A stretch of DNA of 64,000 nucleotides from Octopus vulgaris (taxonomy: Eukaryota). Within the stretch, counting starts at the first letter, position 1, and every line of letters begins with the position of its first letter. A program made the translations under genes and the position numbers. Of this stretch, positions 1 to 16,573 are shown in pieces. Location of the stretch: the NCBI GenBank assembly GCA_951406725.2, contig OX597819.1, positions 46,252,001-46,316,000 on the forward strand. The letters are read 5' to 3'. A model generated the notes under the pieces. That model had not been told where the DNA came from. It saw only the letters and a program-made list of their open reading frames with translations, and did no database searches.

Positions 1-2490
<2,490 letters not shown>

Positions 2491-2699
2491 TATACACTCA
2501 TGTTTAAGCAGCTACAATATCCCTGCTTTTAATCGTAGTTCAAGATGGAGTTTCAGGCAGCGAGTTAAATTGAGCACTAATTGTTGTACTTATAAACCTT
2601 ATGTTATCAGGCATTATATTATCTGAATACGTACATACATGTGTACATACGCATGTAGATTTCTGGAATCGATTAATCTACGAGACTATGAATTTGCTA

Positions 2700-2770
2700 G
2701 TGGATAGCTATATGTGCATCTCTGATCATGAGTAGCAATAATAGGGGATCATCATAGTCATGTGCAAGAT
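2700..2770 (+). mobile_element. Diverged fragment of the element at 4435-4797, opposite orientation
   Basis: gctatatgtgcatctctgatcatgagtagc...catcatagtcatgtg approximates the reverse complement of 4553-4610. Confidence 0.6.
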
Positions 2771-3099
2771 CGAGACGAAAGAGCATGCACCAGATCTGTC
2801 CTCTACATGTCACTTATTTTAGCGAAGGGAAGCGCAATGGTCAATGCCAATACGGCCCACTATCGCTGCTGATGGTAACAGCACAAAGATAATTCGAGCA
2901 TTTGACTATTTCAGGGATTTGCATTTGTTCTCAGGATTTACTCCTAGATCCTCTCAGTTAAGTAAGATAATAGCAAAGCAGTGAATATTCTACATCGATG
3001 TTCTCACTCTCTTAAAAATAAAATACTAGTCACATACTGGTTTTCACAGAACCGACTAACCCGACCATCTCTCATAATTGTGTCTAAATTAGTAAGCGC

Positions 3100-3285
3100 C
3101 GATCAGGCAGAATCGTTAACGCGCTGGACGAAATGCGATATTTCGCCCGTTTCTACGTACTGAATTCAAAATTTCGCCGAGGTCGACTTCGCCTTTCATC
3201 CTTTCGGAGTCGATAAATTAAGTGCCAGTCAAGAACTGGGATCGATGTAATCGACTCTCCCACTCCCCACAAATTCCAGGCCTGT
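3100..3285 (+). mobile_element. SINE family A copy
   Basis: Core gccgaggtcgacttcgcctttcatcctttcggagtcgataaattaagt...gatgtaatcgact is shared with more than 10 copies in the window; degenerate tRNA-like head. Confidence 0.85.
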
Positions 3286-3309
3286 TTTCTAATATTCCTT
3301 TTTTTCAGT

Positions 3310-4063
3310 CAATCCCACCTATTTTTTCTAGCAACTTCTTATGGCGTAATTCTTCTTCATGACATTTTTTTTACTTCGTCCTTTGTTTTGCCTTTTTTTT
3401 TCTTTGCTTTCAATACTCCTTCGTTCCTGACACTAGCAACATCTCTTTACTTTGGGTTAGGTATTTCTTTAAACTCTCGAGTTCGAAACGCATGCAGTCT
3501 TCCACACTTATCAGTCCTTTTCCTCCATTTGTTCTCTTCATGTATAGGCGATCAGTGTCTGCACGGTGATGATGGGCTCTATGCACCTTTAGGAGCTTTC
3601 TTGACTTCCTGTCCATCTTCTCTAGCTCCTCCTCTGTCTACTTCAGGATTCCAGCGCCATACCGAACTACTGCGACTGCGCGCGAGTTTATTACCGAAAT
3701 TATGTTTCTAGCATTCAGTTTTGAAGCCAATATTTTTCCCACTCGCTGCAGGTCCTCGCTTTTCCTTCACGTCGCTGTGTTTAGTTCCATCTGCTTCAAA
3801 TATTTCCAGGTATTCATAGCTTCACTGAGGTTGCATTGCTTCTCATGTTTTCTCATGATTTCTACCACTACATCATTTCCATTGTTCCTATTATCCAGAA
3901 GTGTGATATCATAGCGTATGCTTTTCGATAGTCAACCCATGCCATGCTCAGGTTTGTGTGCCTTCTCTTGCAGTTTCTGATAATTAGATTATCGTTTAAG
4001 AGTTGATACTTCTTTCCCCGGCTCCCCTTTCGGTACCCTTTCTGTTCAATAGGTAGCAGCCCA
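3310..4063 (-). pseudogene. Decayed, internally deleted reverse transcriptase of an R4/Dong-type non-LTR retrotransposon
   Basis: Minus strand reads [15 protein letters not shown]...[20 protein letters not shown] (RT domains 2-3) and DRKSRKLLKVHRAHHHRADTDRLYMKRTNGGKGLISVEDC (post-RT motif of the R4/Dong clade). Frameshifted; adjacent to an (ATT)n run. Confidence 0.85.
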
Positions 4064-4094
4064 CATTATTATTATTATTGTTGTTGTTGTTGTT

Positions 4095-4290
4095 AAGGCT
4101 GTGAGCTGTCATAATCTTTAGCACGCCGTCAACAAAGCTTAGCAGCATTGCATCTGCCTTTACGTTTTCAGTTCAAATTCAGCTGAGATCGACTTTACCT
4201 TTCATCGTTTCGGGGTCGATAAAATAAATACCAGTTGAACACTGGGGTCGATGTAATCGACTCATTCCTGCCTCCAAAATTGCTACCCTT
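4095..4290 (+). mobile_element. SINE family A copy
   Basis: Head aaggctgtgagctgtcataatc, B-box-like gttcaaattc, family core. Confidence 0.85.
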
Positions 4291-4339
4291 ATAGATAAAT
4301 ACGAAGCCATTATTATTATTGTTGTTATTATTATTATTA

Positions 4340-4421
<82 letters not shown>

Positions 4422-4434
4422 TATTATTATTATT

Positions 4435-4797
4435 GAGTGAGAGAGCTGTGCATGCAATCAAAGGTCCCTCAATAAGGGTTGTTTAAGGATGTCGAACGAA
4501 ACACCCATGTTTCCAGAGGTGAATTATTCAAACCCCAAAGAATCCCTCTCAACACATGGTTATGATGCTACCCCACTACTTCTGCTCGTGATCAGAGAAG
4601 TACATATCGTCAGCCACTAAGGGACATGCTCAACTGGTTGAGGTCAAACAACTGACAAGCAAATCTGTGGTATTGAGCAAAATATTTGCTGTAGCCCATC
4701 TTTTATACCAAGACAAAACAATGTACATGATAACACTTTCAATCTGTTAAGATCAGAAGCCACGAGATCCACTGCCTGGTACTGCATCAGGGCATTT
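4435..4797 (-). mobile_element. Short non-coding element inserted in (TAA)n, probably a Dong/R4-derived non-autonomous copy
   Basis: Complex sequence bounded on both sides by long (ATT)n; a second fragment occurs at ~2700. Family assignment and strand are inferred. Confidence 0.55.
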
Positions 4798-4810
4798 ATT
4801 ATTATTATTA

Positions 4811-4923
<113 letters not shown>

Positions 4924-4984
4924 GCAATTTTCATTATTATTATTATTAGACAATAATAATGCGATTGCAATAGATGTTTTATTG

Positions 4985-5112
4985 GTTGAATGACTTTGTC
5001 TTTCATCCTTTCGGGCACTATAAACTAAGTACCAGTTACGCACTGGGGTCGATGTAATCGACTATCCCCTCCCCCAAATTTCAGGCCTTGTGACTATAGT
5101 AGAAAGGATTCA
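4985..5112 (+). mobile_element. SINE family A 3' half
   Basis: tttcatcctttcggg...aagtaccagttacgcactggggtcgatgtaatcgact. Confidence 0.8.
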
Positions 5113-5519
5113 GTATATTCTTTCTATCCGGCATGCTAAATTATGCCTAGAAAACTCTAAATTTGTAAGACGCTAGGATGGAATTATTCAAGGAGTTTTA
5201 GTGTGATATTTGAAACATTTTAACCTTCAGTAAATCAGTGATTACCCATTGCCTCATACATTCGTATATATATATATGCATACATGCATACATAGATATA
5301 TACATATATGAATGCATACAGACATACATGTGTTTTGTATCAACATGGAGCTCAATGTATAATGTGGCAGACTGTATTAGTAGCAAATCAGTTAACAAGG
5401 GAAAAACCATATATTTACTATTCACAGATAAGCGTGAGATATGGAGATGTAAGATAAATATCTCTTAAACCAGACTGCAACTCAGCCACGTATGGTTGGC
5501 CATTACTGCTCACAATAGT

Positions 5520-7320
<1,801 letters not shown>

Positions 7321-7802
7321 ATATCTGCTGCCATTAACGTTGCTCATTCGACCGCTGCTGTTGTTCATACATCTGTTTAACCTTGTTGTTACTGCGGTTG
7401 CTGTTGTTTTAGTCGGCGATGATGTAGACAGTGTTGCCGGGGCGGTGTGTTGTGGTTGTGATTTGGGTGATGGCTGTTAGCGGAGATGGTGTTGCTATTT
7501 GTCCTGCTATGCGACGCTGGTAATTATTGAGCTGCTGATGTAGGTTATGATTGCTATCTCTATTTAGATCTGTTGATATCCTTGACAGTTTTGCCGTCGT
7601 CATTAACAAGATTGATATGTCTGAAACATTTTATAACAAGCTAAAGAAAGAAAGAATGAACGAGCATCCGCCGAAAGCGGTCAAAACGAAATATGAGCAT
7701 CTTACAAGTCAACCATATTTCTGAGACCTTTCTATATAAATCTACGCACCTTAGGACCTAAAAAAAAAAAAACCCCACGCATGCACGTAAAGTGTTATAA
7801 GC

Positions 7803-7950
7803 ACAGGACTGGTTGTGTCGTTCAGAAGCTTGCTCTACAAGCATGTGTTCACAGGTTCAATCTCACTGTGTGGTGTTTTGTGCATGTGATTTCTGCAATA
7901 GCACCGACTCGACCAGTGCAATTCGATAGATGGAAACTGTGTGGAAGCCA
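7803..7950 (+). mobile_element. Degenerate SINE family B head; matching tail fragment at ~8550-8705
   Basis: Similar to 32648-32810 (ggttcaatctcactg...gatggaaactgtgtggaagcc). Confidence 0.6.
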
Positions 7951-8166
7951 GCCGACACTTACCGAAGGTGTCAATTAGTGCGCCTGAGTCCAAAAGTGCT
8001 TGGTATATTTGTATGTGTGTGTGTGTGTGTGCTCGTGTGTGTGTGTATCTGTTTGTATGTATGAATGTTTATGTATGTAGGTATATTATGTATATATGTA
8101 TGTATGTATGTATTATGTATGTATGTATGTATGTATGTATGTATGTATGTATGTATGTATGTATGC

Positions 8167-8520
8167 ATGTGTACACAATTTGTGAGAGACCATGCCTTTC
8201 TTTTGCTGGGCTTAAATCTCATTTGCGGACCCATGTAAAGTTAACCTCTACTAACTACTCTGCCTATCTGAGCATACCTGTCAACACCATGTTTGCCATA
8301 AGGTCTGCAGATCTAACGGAGGCCTCAAAAGACATTTTAAGATCCACAAAGATAATTACTGAACTGCAGATCTTGGTGGTCCAAAGCAGATATGCAATTT
8401 ATGCGGGTGTCTTTTCAAAACATTGTCCAGTTTAAAAAGCAACATCAGACACCATGATAGATCTAAAGTGTAAGTGTAAGAGGTGGTCTACACTCTGCAA
8501 AAGAAGTAGACAGCCATCAT
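8167..8520 (+). pseudogene. 5'-truncated LINE-like 3' end encoding three decayed C2H2 zinc fingers
   Basis: Reads ICERPCLSFAGLKSHLRTH, then after a frameshift VCHKVCRSNGGLKRHFKIH and CNLCGCLFKTLSSLKSNIRHH, stop at 8471-8473. Flanked by (TATG)n-type runs; related fragment at 14357-14692. Confidence 0.7.
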
Positions 8521-8907
8521 GTATTTATGTATGTATTTATGTATGTATGTCTTCACAACCGCTGTTTGTTTCTTTACGTCTCCGTAAATTAACCATAGCA
8601 AAAAATACCTGACTTAAAAATTAATACTGAGGGTCGATTTGTTCGATTGAACTCTTCAAGGTGGTAACCTTGCATGGCAGGAGTCAAATGGCTAACACAA
8701 GTAAAATATAAAACATAACAACGTAAAGCACACGGGGTCTATCAGAAAACACTCACTCACAAGCACCTATAAATACTGAGTCTTTATAAATACTGGGATT
8801 TATATGTGCGTGCTTCTGTTATGAAAATGAGTATTTATGTATATATTCGAGTATGATCCGTATACACAGATTTGTACGCATACAAACATAAATACGTATA
8901 TGTGTGT

Positions 8908-8947
<40 letters not shown>

Positions 8948-9562
8948 AAATCTAAATGGGTGCATACATATTATATATGCGTATTTATGCTTACATAAAT
9001 ACACATACACATATATGTATATATACATATATATGTGTATGTGTGTATGTGTGTATGTATATGTATATACATACATATGTATATATATATATGCATATAT
9101 ATATATACATACATATATATATACACATATGTATACATAAATATATCCTTAAAAAATCCTCAAAATGTTTTAGCCCGAAGGCCGCGGCCATGCATACATA
9201 CACACACACACACATACACACACACACACACACACACTCACAAACACATATATGCCCCATTTATGTGTTTATTTTATGGTTTGTACACCAATGTTGTTTC
9301 TCTCTGCGATATACGACTATTTTAATTGCTCTCACCATATTTCTAAATATATTCCTGGGTCGGTTTGCTTTCTCTGCTATGTCTTATGTGGGAATTTTAA
9401 ATGTTTTATATAATTTCAGTTTGTGTCTGTATGTACAGTTTGTGTCTATAGGTATGATGTACGGCTCTCTTGTTCGTAATTATGTCTTTTTTTTTATGTT
9501 TTCGAAAACAGCACAGCGTTGTTCGTTAAGAAAGGAGACAGTAGATTTAGTTGGTATTCCTT

Positions 9563-10254
9563 TTAAGAGTGTGACATGCTTTGGCACAGCTGTCTCGGCA
9601 CAGCCGTCTTGACACAGCCGTCTTGGCACAGCCGTCTTGGCACAGCCGTCTTAGCACAGCCGTATTGGCACAGCCGTCTTGGCACAGCCGTTTTGGCACA
9701 GCCGTCTTGGCACAGCCGTCTTGGCACAGCCGTCTTAGCACAGCCGTATTGGCACAGCCGTCTTGGCACAGCCGTCTTGGCACAGCCGTCTTGGCACAGC
9801 CGTCTTGGCACAGCCGTCTTGGCACAGCCGTCTTGGCACAGCCGTCTTGGCACAGCCGTCTTGGCACAGCCGTCTTGGCACAGCCGTCTTGGAACAGCCG
9901 TCTTGGCACATGGATTATCCTATATGATTAGGCATCGATATAGTTGAGCAAGTATTGTATGCGATGTTCTAATTTATTAAGAGTGTGACATGCTTTGGCA
10001 CAGCTGTCTCGGCACAGCCGTCTTGACACAGCCGTCTTGGCACAGCCGTCTTGGCACAGCCGTCTTAGCACAGCCGTATTGGCACAGCCGTCTTGGCACA
10101 GCCGTCTTGGCACAGCCGTCTTGGCACAGCCGTCTTGGCACAGCCGTCTTGGCACAGCCGTCTTGGAACAGCCGTCTTGGCACATGGATTATCCTATATG
10201 ATTAGGCATCGATATAGTTGAGCAAGTATTGTATGCGATGTTCTAATTTATTAA
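9563..10254. repeat. Two tandem cassettes, each with a 14-bp minisatellite (TTGGCACAGCCGTC; 23 and 13 units) and a shared ~70-bp tail
   Basis: Arrays at 9581-9910 and 9995-10184 with the same leader gagtgtgacatgct, the same variant units and the same tail. Confidence 0.95.
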
Positions 10255-10469
10255 ATAATTGACGAAATATGTATGCACAATGTGTATTGTATAAAAAGTA
10301 TACTCTATAACATATGCCTATCGTATGATGTAAGTTAAGTGAAGGTGTTTCGTTTGGCTGGGCGGGGCTTTGTGAAGTTGTGAGACTTAATAGGATTACT
10401 TTTTAGACTTTGCACATTTTTACGTTTTTCTCTTTCATATTGCGGTACTCTAATTATTTTTTTTTCTAC

Positions 10470-10670
10470 TGAAGGCACAAGGCCTTCATATTTTTGGTGA
10501 GGGGACCAATTGATTACCTCGACGTCAGTGTGTCACTGGTACTTAATTTATCGACCCCGAAAGGACGGAAAACAAAGTCGACCCCGGAGGAATATGAACT
10601 CAGAACACGAAGACAGGCGAAATGCCGTGAAGCATTCCGCTCGGCGTGCTAACGATTCTGCCAGCTCGCC
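10470..10670 (-). mobile_element. SINE family A copy
   Basis: Reverse complement of family core and head (gctaacgattctgccagctcgcc). Confidence 0.85.
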
Positions 10671-11417
10671 GTGCTCTAATTATTACTGGTACTGAATGTA
10701 CGGTCATTCTCTGCATCTTTCAAGTTCAATAACTTTGTACTTTGACAGTTTCTACACATCCTTCCAGACATATTGCGGTGAGAAAGACAGCAAAGCTTAT
10801 CAGGCTACAGATATTTTTGATCATGCCTTGATAATTATCAAAACGATTTGATTTGATCTTGCCAAAATGGAAAGTAATCCCAGATAGCTAAACACGTCTT
10901 CGTCTTGTATTGTATTTGGTACCTGTTCATTGCACCTTTTATCCGCTTCCATATCCAAATGTCAACAGATTGCTTAGTGGTTAAGGCTACCAACGAGAAC
11001 ATATCAGTGGGTTTACGTTATTCTACTTGAACTGGGGTCCAAGAGATCCGTGTTTGCATCTCTGTGTTAATGACGTTTACGTCATGGTATTGGATACAAT
11101 TCAAACTGGGTGACTCAGTGACATTCTGAAGAAGTATAATGAGGTCAGGTACAAATCGAAGAGATTGCAATTCAGCATCTGGAGAGGCAAGTCCACAGAC
11201 CATTGCCACGACTATTTATCAATAAAATGCAAGGGATATCGCACCATCAACTACATTGCTTGACTGGTCGAAATTTATGAACACTAAACAATATTCCACT
11301 TCCCGGCCGACCATTCTTGATCTTCACTTGGTCTGAAACTGTAACTGAGACAAATAGACGAGTCGTGCGCTCGTACGTTTTGAACTGTAAACATATATTA
11401 ACCACTCTAATATATAT

Positions 11418-11636
11418 TTCTTTACTGCCCTCAAGGGGCTAAACATAGAGGGGACAAACAAGGGCAGACAAAGGGATTAAGTCGATTACATCGACCCAGT
11501 GTTAAACTGGTACTTTATTTATCGAACCCGAGAGGATGAAAGGCAAAGTCGACCTCGGCGGAATTTGAACTCAGAACGTAACGGCAGACGAAATACGGCT
11601 ACGCATTTCGCCCGGCGTGCTAACGATTCTGCCAGG
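11418..11636 (-). mobile_element. SINE family A, near full length with LINE-like tail
   Basis: Close reverse complement of 57358-57572. Confidence 0.9.
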
Positions 11637-12339
11637 CATCATTATATTAACTTACGACTCGTTTCTTTAATATAGAAATGTCCATTATATGTTTCATATG
11701 TCAAGAGAAGAATAAAGGCAGTTTAACTATGATTTTGGCTGTGAAATTAGCCTTCTTCAAAAAAGAAATATTGAATTAATGTTAAGAATGATATTTCGAA
11801 TAGGACACGTTTCAATATAAACTGAATTAACTTATGAGCCCGTGACTGCTTTTAATTGTGTGACTTTAAGATAAATGTAGTAAGATGATTAAGAAATGGT
11901 TCGATGCCAAGAGGAGTAGCTGTGGTTGTATGCCTTCTCATGCTAACCACAAACGTGAAAAATAGTTCTCACGGCGTTACCTATTTTTATGCGTACCGGG
12001 TGGCTCACTAAATCACCATCCTCAGCTCAGCTTTGATAAATCTAATATAAAGACAGTTACATGCATGGCGGAAATATCAGTTAATCGTTTCTTTCCCCGT
12101 AGCAATTTAAACACATTGCTTGTTATTCCCATAAATCCTGCTAGACATTGTGAACGGCGCTACATTAAATTTCAAGTCGTTTGTTTAACTAGGCATGCAA
12201 AAATCAAAAGCTATATTGACATATCTCCACTTATATATCGAGATCATATGTGTGTGTGTGTATGTGCATGTATACATGTGTGTGTGTGTGTGTGTGCGTG
12301 TGTTTGATTTCAAGTAAAGCTATATATATATAAAACATT

Positions 12340-12870
12340 TGGTTTTTGTATTTGGCTTGCAAAATTCTTGATGTGAACTCATACAATGTATTTTGAAGTA
12401 TCTCGAGAGGATCGTTCTGCCAATGATAAACACACGCACTGTTTCTGTTTCACTTCTTCATTTTTCAACTCGTTACCTATTTAAGCAATTAACTAATCGA
12501 TTGTGTGACTAATCGTTCGGACAGTGACTCAATCAATGACCTTGGTTTGTCAAAGTCCTCTCGTCGCCATTCGAAACCTCATCAACATACCTCTACTCCA
12601 GATAGATCTGAAACAGTTCTGAAGATGAGAAGACTCATGAATGATGAGGTCTCCAAAAGGAGATGAAAGGACATTAATATATCTAAGTGATTTAATGAGG
12701 AACAATTAATCAAACAATCATTTAATTAATTGGTCAGGTAACTAATTGATAATTGACAAATGAAGAAATAAAATATAACCAGAACGTACTTTTAGTATTG
12801 GTATATTAACCCTCCAGAGATGCAACCAAATATATATAAAATCAGTTGAATATTAAATTGAAGATTACCT
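12340..12870. mobile_element. Degenerate inverted pair of Penelope-like pLTR fragments with hammerhead-like remnants
   Basis: The reverse complement of ~12400-12590 aligns with ~12640-12820 (tgatgaggtttcgaatggcgacgagaggac vs tgatgaggtctccaaaaggagatgaaaggac). Confidence 0.6.
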
Positions 12871-13063
12871 CAGTACTTTACAGTAGAGTACCATATTAGC
12901 CATATTTATCTATATACACAAAAAGGTTGATAGTAACTTCTGTATACACCCAAATACATACATACATACATACATACACACATACATACATACATACATA
13001 CATACATACATACATACATACATACATACTTACATACATACATACATACATACATACATGCAT

Positions 13064-13425
13064 ACATAGAGAAGAGAAACTAGACACAGTTGTGGAAATT
13101 AGCTGCCCAGTGGATGTTAACATAATGCTGAAGATCAGTGAAAAAGAGAATACCTATGCTGAACTATTGAGAAATCTGCAGTTACTCTATCCAGATTACA
13201 ATTTCAGGTTTATACCTGTAATTATTGGGGTCGTGGGGGTATGTAACATACTGCCTAAATACAAAAAATATTGAGAAATTAGTCTTCTGAAAACCAGAAA
13301 GGATAAAGCTAATTCGAAGACTAAAGATCCAATCCATCACTGGAACTGCAAAATTCTGTGAAAACTTTCCAGTTTATCATTTAAATAGATGAGCATGCTA
13401 GATATGTAACTATAAAACATACAAA
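13064..13425 (+). pseudogene. 3' end of an RLE non-LTR retrotransposon (R4/Dong-like restriction-like endonuclease) in (CATA)n
   Basis: VVEISCPVDVNIMLKISEKENTYAELLRNLQLLYPDYNFRFIPVIIGVVG matches the RLE E...K..KY..L...P..IG..G pattern; frameshifted downstream. Confidence 0.8.
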
Positions 13426-13536
13426 TCTGCACATGCATACATATATATATATATACATACATGCATACATACATACATACATACATACATACATACAGAC
13501 AGACAGACAGACAGACAGACATGCATGCATGCATGC

Positions 13537-13567
<31 letters not shown>

Positions 13568-13582
13568 CATACATACATACAT

Positions 13583-13708
13583 ACCCTGTTGTTGATGTTG
13601 ACATTCCAAATAAAGAACGTTAGCTCTAGGTTAGAAACCGGTTCTTTCTCTATTGGCAGGACATCTTGAAATAAACTGAATGACATACATACATACATGC
13701 ATGCATGC

Positions 13709-13739
<31 letters not shown>

Positions 13740-13757
13740 CATACATACATACATACA

Positions 13758-13790
<33 letters not shown>

Positions 13791-14275
13791 GCGACTGGTA
13801 CGATCAACCATTTTTGTGACAGGCATTTTATTTCTAGCGACACCTTTGCATGATGATTTTTTTTTTATAGCAGGGAAAATATTTGTACAAATCCAATCCC
13901 ACTCTCTGAACAGAGACAACGTGAACTCGAAAACAAAACAAGAACGAGTCTACATCATCGAATATTGTGAATGTCATAGTTTTTCTCTAAGGAGTTTCCC
14001 TCTTCTAGAGACATGTGACAACAACAGAGGAGGCTCCCACTCCCAGTGGGCCAACTGCACGTCTGGACACCAACCCAGTATTTCCATGTCTCCACGCATA
14101 CGTACATACATGCATACATACACATGGACACGTATTGTTTGATGTCCGTTGACTGCTCATGAGCTCTTCCGCCCTTTGACAAGTCTTATTTTTCATCCTG
14201 CAAAGTGTCCAACAATCACCCTCCTCGTCAAGCTTGATGGGGTTGCCAGCTTAGTCACCGACGACCCTATCTTGC
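13583..14275. mobile_element. Three short insertions (13583-13683, 13790-14095, 14125-14275) separated by (CATA)n
   Basis: Complex islands bounded by CATA runs; probable retroposon 3' ends, family unresolved. Confidence 0.45.
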
Positions 14276-14356
14276 ATACATACATACATACATACATACA
14301 TACATACATACATACATACATACATACATACATACATACATACATACATACATACT

Positions 14357-14692
14357 TTATGGCTGCCCCATCGTTATCAAGTATGGCCATTGCACGAAGC
14401 TTAACTGTTACTGGTGCTGTGATCGAATGTGACATTTTAGCCTCGCTAAAGATCTACAATGTCTTGTACAGAATTGGCAACTAAGACCTTTACCGGTAAT
14501 AGCCGGCTGTAATTGTAACTGAGCTTCATGTACTTTTGCATGTCGTTTAAGTCCTCTTGCCGAATTACACTCTCTTCCATATGGCTGAGAGATATGATTA
14601 GTATGGTGTGTTACACCACCACCAGTAGCCAGGTTGTCACTCATCTGTCTCGCTTTATGACTACGAAGATGACTCTTGAGTCCAGCTTTACT
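14357..14692 (-). pseudogene. 5'-truncated LINE-like 3' end with C2H2 fingers and (TATG)n tail
   Basis: ORF 14408-14842 contains SKAGLKSHLRSH, ECNSARGLKRHAKVH and CQFCTRHCRSLARLKCHIRSQH followed by a stop. Confidence 0.72.
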
Positions 14693-15944
14693 GATACATA
14701 CATATATGCATGCATACATACATACATACATACATACATACATACATACATACATACATACATTTAATGTACAAATGCATGTGGTAGTGTGCTTTTGTAT
14801 GTTCCATTCAATTAGCCAACTCTTTTTAGTATTCGCTTTCATTTTTTATCGCTTGTCTTACGTTTCTTTTTATCTATTTTTGGTCGAAAATCATGGATTA
14901 CAGATATGTGTCGCAATTGCATAAGAATACAATTGATGGATGCATAATGAAAAACATTCTTACAACAATTAATTCTGAGTCGGCTTTACTTTGTTCAATG
15001 CAGAAGAAATACAATCGGGGAATATTTGAAATGGACAGTTAATTCAGTTTAAATGACATGTATGATAGAAAAAAGGTAACATCCAGTTATTCAGAATAGC
15101 GTTGCGGTGTTGTGTTGGGTGCGAAAAATCATATACGACTTATAATGAAGTCGGTATGAAAAGTGAACACGACGTAAGGAATGATGCTGGTTATTGAACC
15201 AGCACTTGGATGTGAATCGAAGATTTTTTACATGTCGATTTGTATTATGTCTCATTTCCAAAAATATAAGATCAATCACTTTTGAGTGGATTTCATTCTT
15301 CTTTGTATTTTTTTCTAGCTGGATTTTTGTCTTTGTTGTGTTTTTTTTGTATCCCTGCATAGCCGAATGCACATTTTTAATCACGTTTCAGCTACAATCA
15401 GTGTTTGTAACGCCTTTGTGTAAAATTGCCAAAGCAACTCACAATTAAAGTGAATGCCTCTGTCAGTTTCTTCTTTAACTTCGATCGACTTTTAGGTTAT
15501 TCTTTCTAACGCTTCCTCATCTTCTCAATCACATGTAAAGCACTTTGAATATCTCCTACATGAAATCCTAATAACTATTCAACGTATTCAAACTCCGATT
15601 CTTCAAATCACATTTTTTTATCTCTCTTTTTTTCCTTTTTCATTAACAAAAAGAAGCCTCATATTTTTCCTTTTTATAGATCACTTATGAAATTATAAAA
15701 CTGAAAGCTAGTATGCCATCCGCTTCTTTCTTTCAGATATCTATTCATATTTCATCCACTGACTACGTTCATATTCCTTGAGAACATGTTATATGAAAAT
15801 ATTATTGTAAGATATCGCATATGGAAATGTTATTATAATTCTTTAGCTCTTTTTTTTTTCTGAGATCTTAAGTGAAATTCTGAAAGTCTGTGGAAGCTTA
15901 AATATTAAATTCAATCCCTGATTCCGAGGTAGGATTTTGTGTTT

Positions 15945-16360
15945 AATATTGGTTTCAAATTTAGGTACATGAACTGGAATTTTAGAGGAGGGGACTAGTC
16001 GATTACATCGAAATCCACCTTCTCCGATGCTCAACTGGTATTTATTTTAGTGACTCCGAAGACATGAAAGGCAAACTCGACTTCGATATAATTTGAACTC
16101 TGAACCTAAGGATATACGAAACTACCACTAAGCATTTAACTTGGCATGTTAAACATTGTGCCAACTCACTTATATATTTCAATATTGATTTCAAATGTTG
16201 GTACAAGGCCAGTAATTTCGGGTGGGAGTCGAATAAGTCGATTACATCAACCCTAGTGCCCATCTGGTACTTATTTTATCTACCCCGACAGGTTGAAAGG
16301 CAAAGTTGACGTCGGCGAAATTTGAGCCACTTCACGTGCTAACGATTCTGTCAGTTCGCG
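15945..16360 (-). mobile_element. Two tandem SINE family A copies
   Basis: Reverse-complement cores at ~16000-16100 and ~16235-16325. Confidence 0.8.
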
Positions 16361-16362
16361 TG

Positions 16363-16443
<81 letters not shown>

Positions 16444-16527
16444 GCTTCTTGCTTCCTTGTTACTTATTTAATTAGAGACATACCAGTGTAAACCACGAGT
16501 TTCCCATTGATACTATATCCATTTTCT

Positions 16528-16569
<42 letters not shown>

Positions 16570-16573
<4 letters not shown>

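Noticed and set aside
9581-10184. CRISPR-like array or repeat protein (CQDGCAKTAVPRRL)
   Set aside because: Contiguous 14-bp units with no spacers, no cas genes, eukaryotic context; the ORFs arise because the unit lacks stops.
10720-11400. Possible Mutator-like transposase remnant on the minus strand (SGITFHFGK)
   Set aside because: Only one weak motif resemblance; cannot be supported without a profile search.
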